From assembly GCF_002113885.1 (NCBI RefSeq), contig NW_018407738.1, forward strand, positions 85,563-149,562: a stretch of DNA of 64,000 bases, given 5' to 3'. This DNA is from Mizuhopecten yessoensis (taxonomy: Eukaryota). The notes under the pieces are model-generated. The model was given only the letters and a program-made list of their open reading frames with translations, was not told the DNA's origin and searched no databases. A program made the translations under genes and the position numbers. This document shows positions 61,501 to 64,000 of this stretch, one piece after another (position 1 is the first letter of the stretch; every line of letters starts with the position of its first letter).

Positions 61501-63419
61501 AATAACTCCGTTGCTGCAGATCTTGTCGGCAAAGGTTATAGAGGCGCCCTCTATCGTGATTCTCTGTAAATTAACATTTGAATTTGCCAGTTGGCCCAAG
61601 AGTAGCAAATAAACATATTATACCCGAGTATAATTTTAAAATAATGAATGTAAATGTATTAAGGTGATTTCTAACATGAATTGTTGTCTGATTTAACCAT
61701 GAAGTACTATTCTTGTGATAAACCAACTGGAACGGTATATCTGTTGTCTAATGAGGCTTTTCATTGACACTACCAATCAAATAACAGAATATCGGTTATC
61801 ACGTGACCAGGAAGTGGTCATCAACTACACAAGAATTGATTGCCTTGCATTTATAACTACTATTCCCATGTGATGATATGGAATTGACTTTAATTGAAAG
61901 GTCATGTCTATCCGACTTGTTTTTGTTAGCAAAGGAGGACGAAAAAGCTTATCTGTCCTTCAATTTCACTTTTAATCACAAGTTAAGTCGAAAGGTTTTG
62001 CCAATAAATAACAATACTTTTATTAACAACGTCAATTGTCAATACCCTCCTGAACTTGAAATTAAAGACATTGCAGCTGCTTTCTCTGTATCAGCAGTTG
62101 ATATTCATCTTTATTTACAACATGTCGGCAGGGCTTACTACTAAACCTGTACAAAAAGTGTGATGAGTTCGATATTCCGATGGTGAACTTTCCCTTTCTC
62201 GATAATAACATCCCTGCTTTCCTACATATGATGTTTACCAGTCACAGCTGATTCGGTTCTCAAGAGTTTGTTCCGTGATAGATGTCGACTGCTGACAGAC
62301 AAACTTACAACACAGTTTCGAAAGATGCAGGTTGCCGAAGTCGAAGACTATGAGCAAATTTCATGGTAATAATCCTGATTTCCTTTGTAAATATTCTATT
62401 ACCTTGTATGATTTTTGATTTTTTTTTTGTCGTAATCAATAGTTTGCCTTGTGGTTTCTTTGTCACTGCCTCGGTTTGTTATTTGTGAACGTAACATTAC
62501 ACAGACTCGACCTTGTCCTATTCTTCTAATGCTTTTTCAAAGGCTCCGCGGAAATCTATTCTGTGTTTATAATGAAACAGTTTTATCGCTTTTAAGTACG
62601 ATTTACGGGTTTTGTTCACATTCCAGTATTCTTTTGAAATGTTTTTTTTTGTGACAAATGCTCGTTTGGATTCCGCTTCATTCTTTATCACCATAGAGAG
62701 CTTTACAGTCATATATGAGAAACGCATTATCCCGTTTGTGATACATTGTACCACGTGTTCATCAATTCTCGTAGATGATTTGGAATGATTGAGCATTACA
62801 CAATCTCCGTCTCCATCTCTTCAATTTATCATCTGTATCGAGAAATTTTGAATACGCTATATGAAATAGTATGATATCTCATAAGATATGTTTATTGTCT
62901 AAAGCGTTCTCAAAATTATAATATAAATAGTAAATTGATTATTTAGTGGAGAGAAAAAATAATAATAAAAAATTGTCCAGCCGTTTTCTTCCTTACTTAA
63001 AGTTGCAGGACAATTGTTTTTAAAAGGAAATATTAAAGAAATAAAAAAACTACTGTGCATTCCACTAAGTCTGGTTTCGAGATAATGAACGAAATATATA
63101 TTCTTACATCATCATTACGTTTCATGTACCATTATTATTTCAGTAGGGATCATTTTATTATGAAGGATGCTTCAGGATGACCATTGAATAAGAAATCTTA
63201 CATGTTTGTACAAGTAGTCGTTGATTCTGAGTTGATCTCCGGTCAGCGTTTCTATCATCATCTCATTAACCTTCAGATCAGCTATCTTGTATGTGCCACT
63301 GACCACGTGGTATTTAAGAATCTCTGCCAAGGCATTGGTGTCGTTCTTCAGCGCGGCGAGAGCCGATGGTGGGAGACGATTAAAGGCGGAGTCATCAGGG
63401 GCGAAGATCGTGAATGGCC
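58596..63419 (-). CDS. Second two-FAS1 fasciclin paralogue (5' exon not found in window)
   Basis: Exons 63419-63202 (PFTIFAPDDSAF..ILKYHVV), 61563-61377 (SNGVIHRVSQVL), 60792-60694 (PITLMAPEDSAF), 59284-59171 (EILKYHVI), 58723-58596 (TNGVVHKIDHVLIP..*). GT-AG with consistent phases. Confidence 0.92.
60910..61204. mobile_element. Truncated copy of the 46353-46701 MITE family
   Basis: Shared GCGAGATTCTTTTGATG and GGGGTGCAGAGAGCGAAAG..GAGTGTCAAGGAT. Confidence 0.75.
61905..62400 (+). pseudogene. Penelope-like retroelement RT relic in fasciclin intron
   Basis: SFNFTF..YPPELEIKD and FDIPMVNFPFLDNNIPAFPTYDVYQSQLIRFSRVCS. Confidence 0.7.
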
Positions 63420-64000
63420 CTAAGGAGGTGATACAACTCTGTATTAGAACGATTACGCGTTACCGAAAGGTGTAACTGCCTGTCTACCCAAGGTTTTTTT
63501 GTTTTGTTTTTTTTTGTTTTTTTTTTCAAACATTTTACTTCCCCAGCACATTTAGGATACTGCCGAGGTTGGGGAGCCCCGGGATCAGCATCTTCACAAT
63601 CATGTGTCCTCATACAAGAGGGCTATCATACTTCCTTTCATACTTACTAGTAATTATATTATTATTTCTTTATTTTTTCACTGCCTTATTTAATATTTTT
63701 TCTTACATTCAAAATTACATTCAAAGTTACCGTACACATTATCCTTACATACATATATGCATACACTCCCTTTGCCGCGCCTCCAGGTGGATTACCCTGT
63801 ACTGGGCCTCACTTCCAGGACCAGTCGGCCTTGACCTTGGCTGTGTGTATTAATAGTAGCAAGATCGAAACACGCCGCGCTGTGGTAATATAAGGCAGTC
63901 CTAAACGTGCTTGTAAATCATTCGAGTATGTCTAACATGTTTGTTTTGATTTTTCTATTGTGAAAGGTGTTTTTTTGGGGGGTTGATATTGATGAAGCTG

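Overview
AT-rich, intron-rich animal genomic DNA with two N-gaps; gene and repeat style suggest a bivalve mollusc (inference). I hand-spliced six protein-coding loci with consistent GT-AG junctions and reading phase: (1) an LRRC74-like leucine-rich-repeat/EF-hand gene (-, about 1.0-11.1 kb, both ends uncertain); (2) an intronless inducible-type HSP70 (-, 17277-19190) with TATA and heat-shock elements; (3) the dynein assembly factor PIH1D3/DNAAF6 (+, 23936-28518); (4) a secreted two-FAS1-domain fasciclin (+, 34874-46294); (5) a BTB/POZ 'serine-enriched protein (gprs)-like' gene (-, 47775-50440); (6) a second fasciclin paralogue with the same intron architecture (-, 58596 to beyond 63419, first exon not found in window). 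The rest is tandem repeats (51, 32/64, 38, 38 and 17/24 bp units), SINEs, Helentron-type HINEs, MITEs and decayed pogo-like, DDE_Tnp_4-like, LINE and Penelope-like relics. I see no CRISPR or prokaryotic system. The most unusual signals are a 12-copy tandem amplification of a DNAAF6 splice acceptor, a 28-bp hairpin whose four non-Watson-Crick pairs are all G-U on one strand, an internal inversion in the 32-bp satellite, a satellite of self-hairpin monomers, and an isolated perfect HSE. Novelty of these cannot be established without searches.
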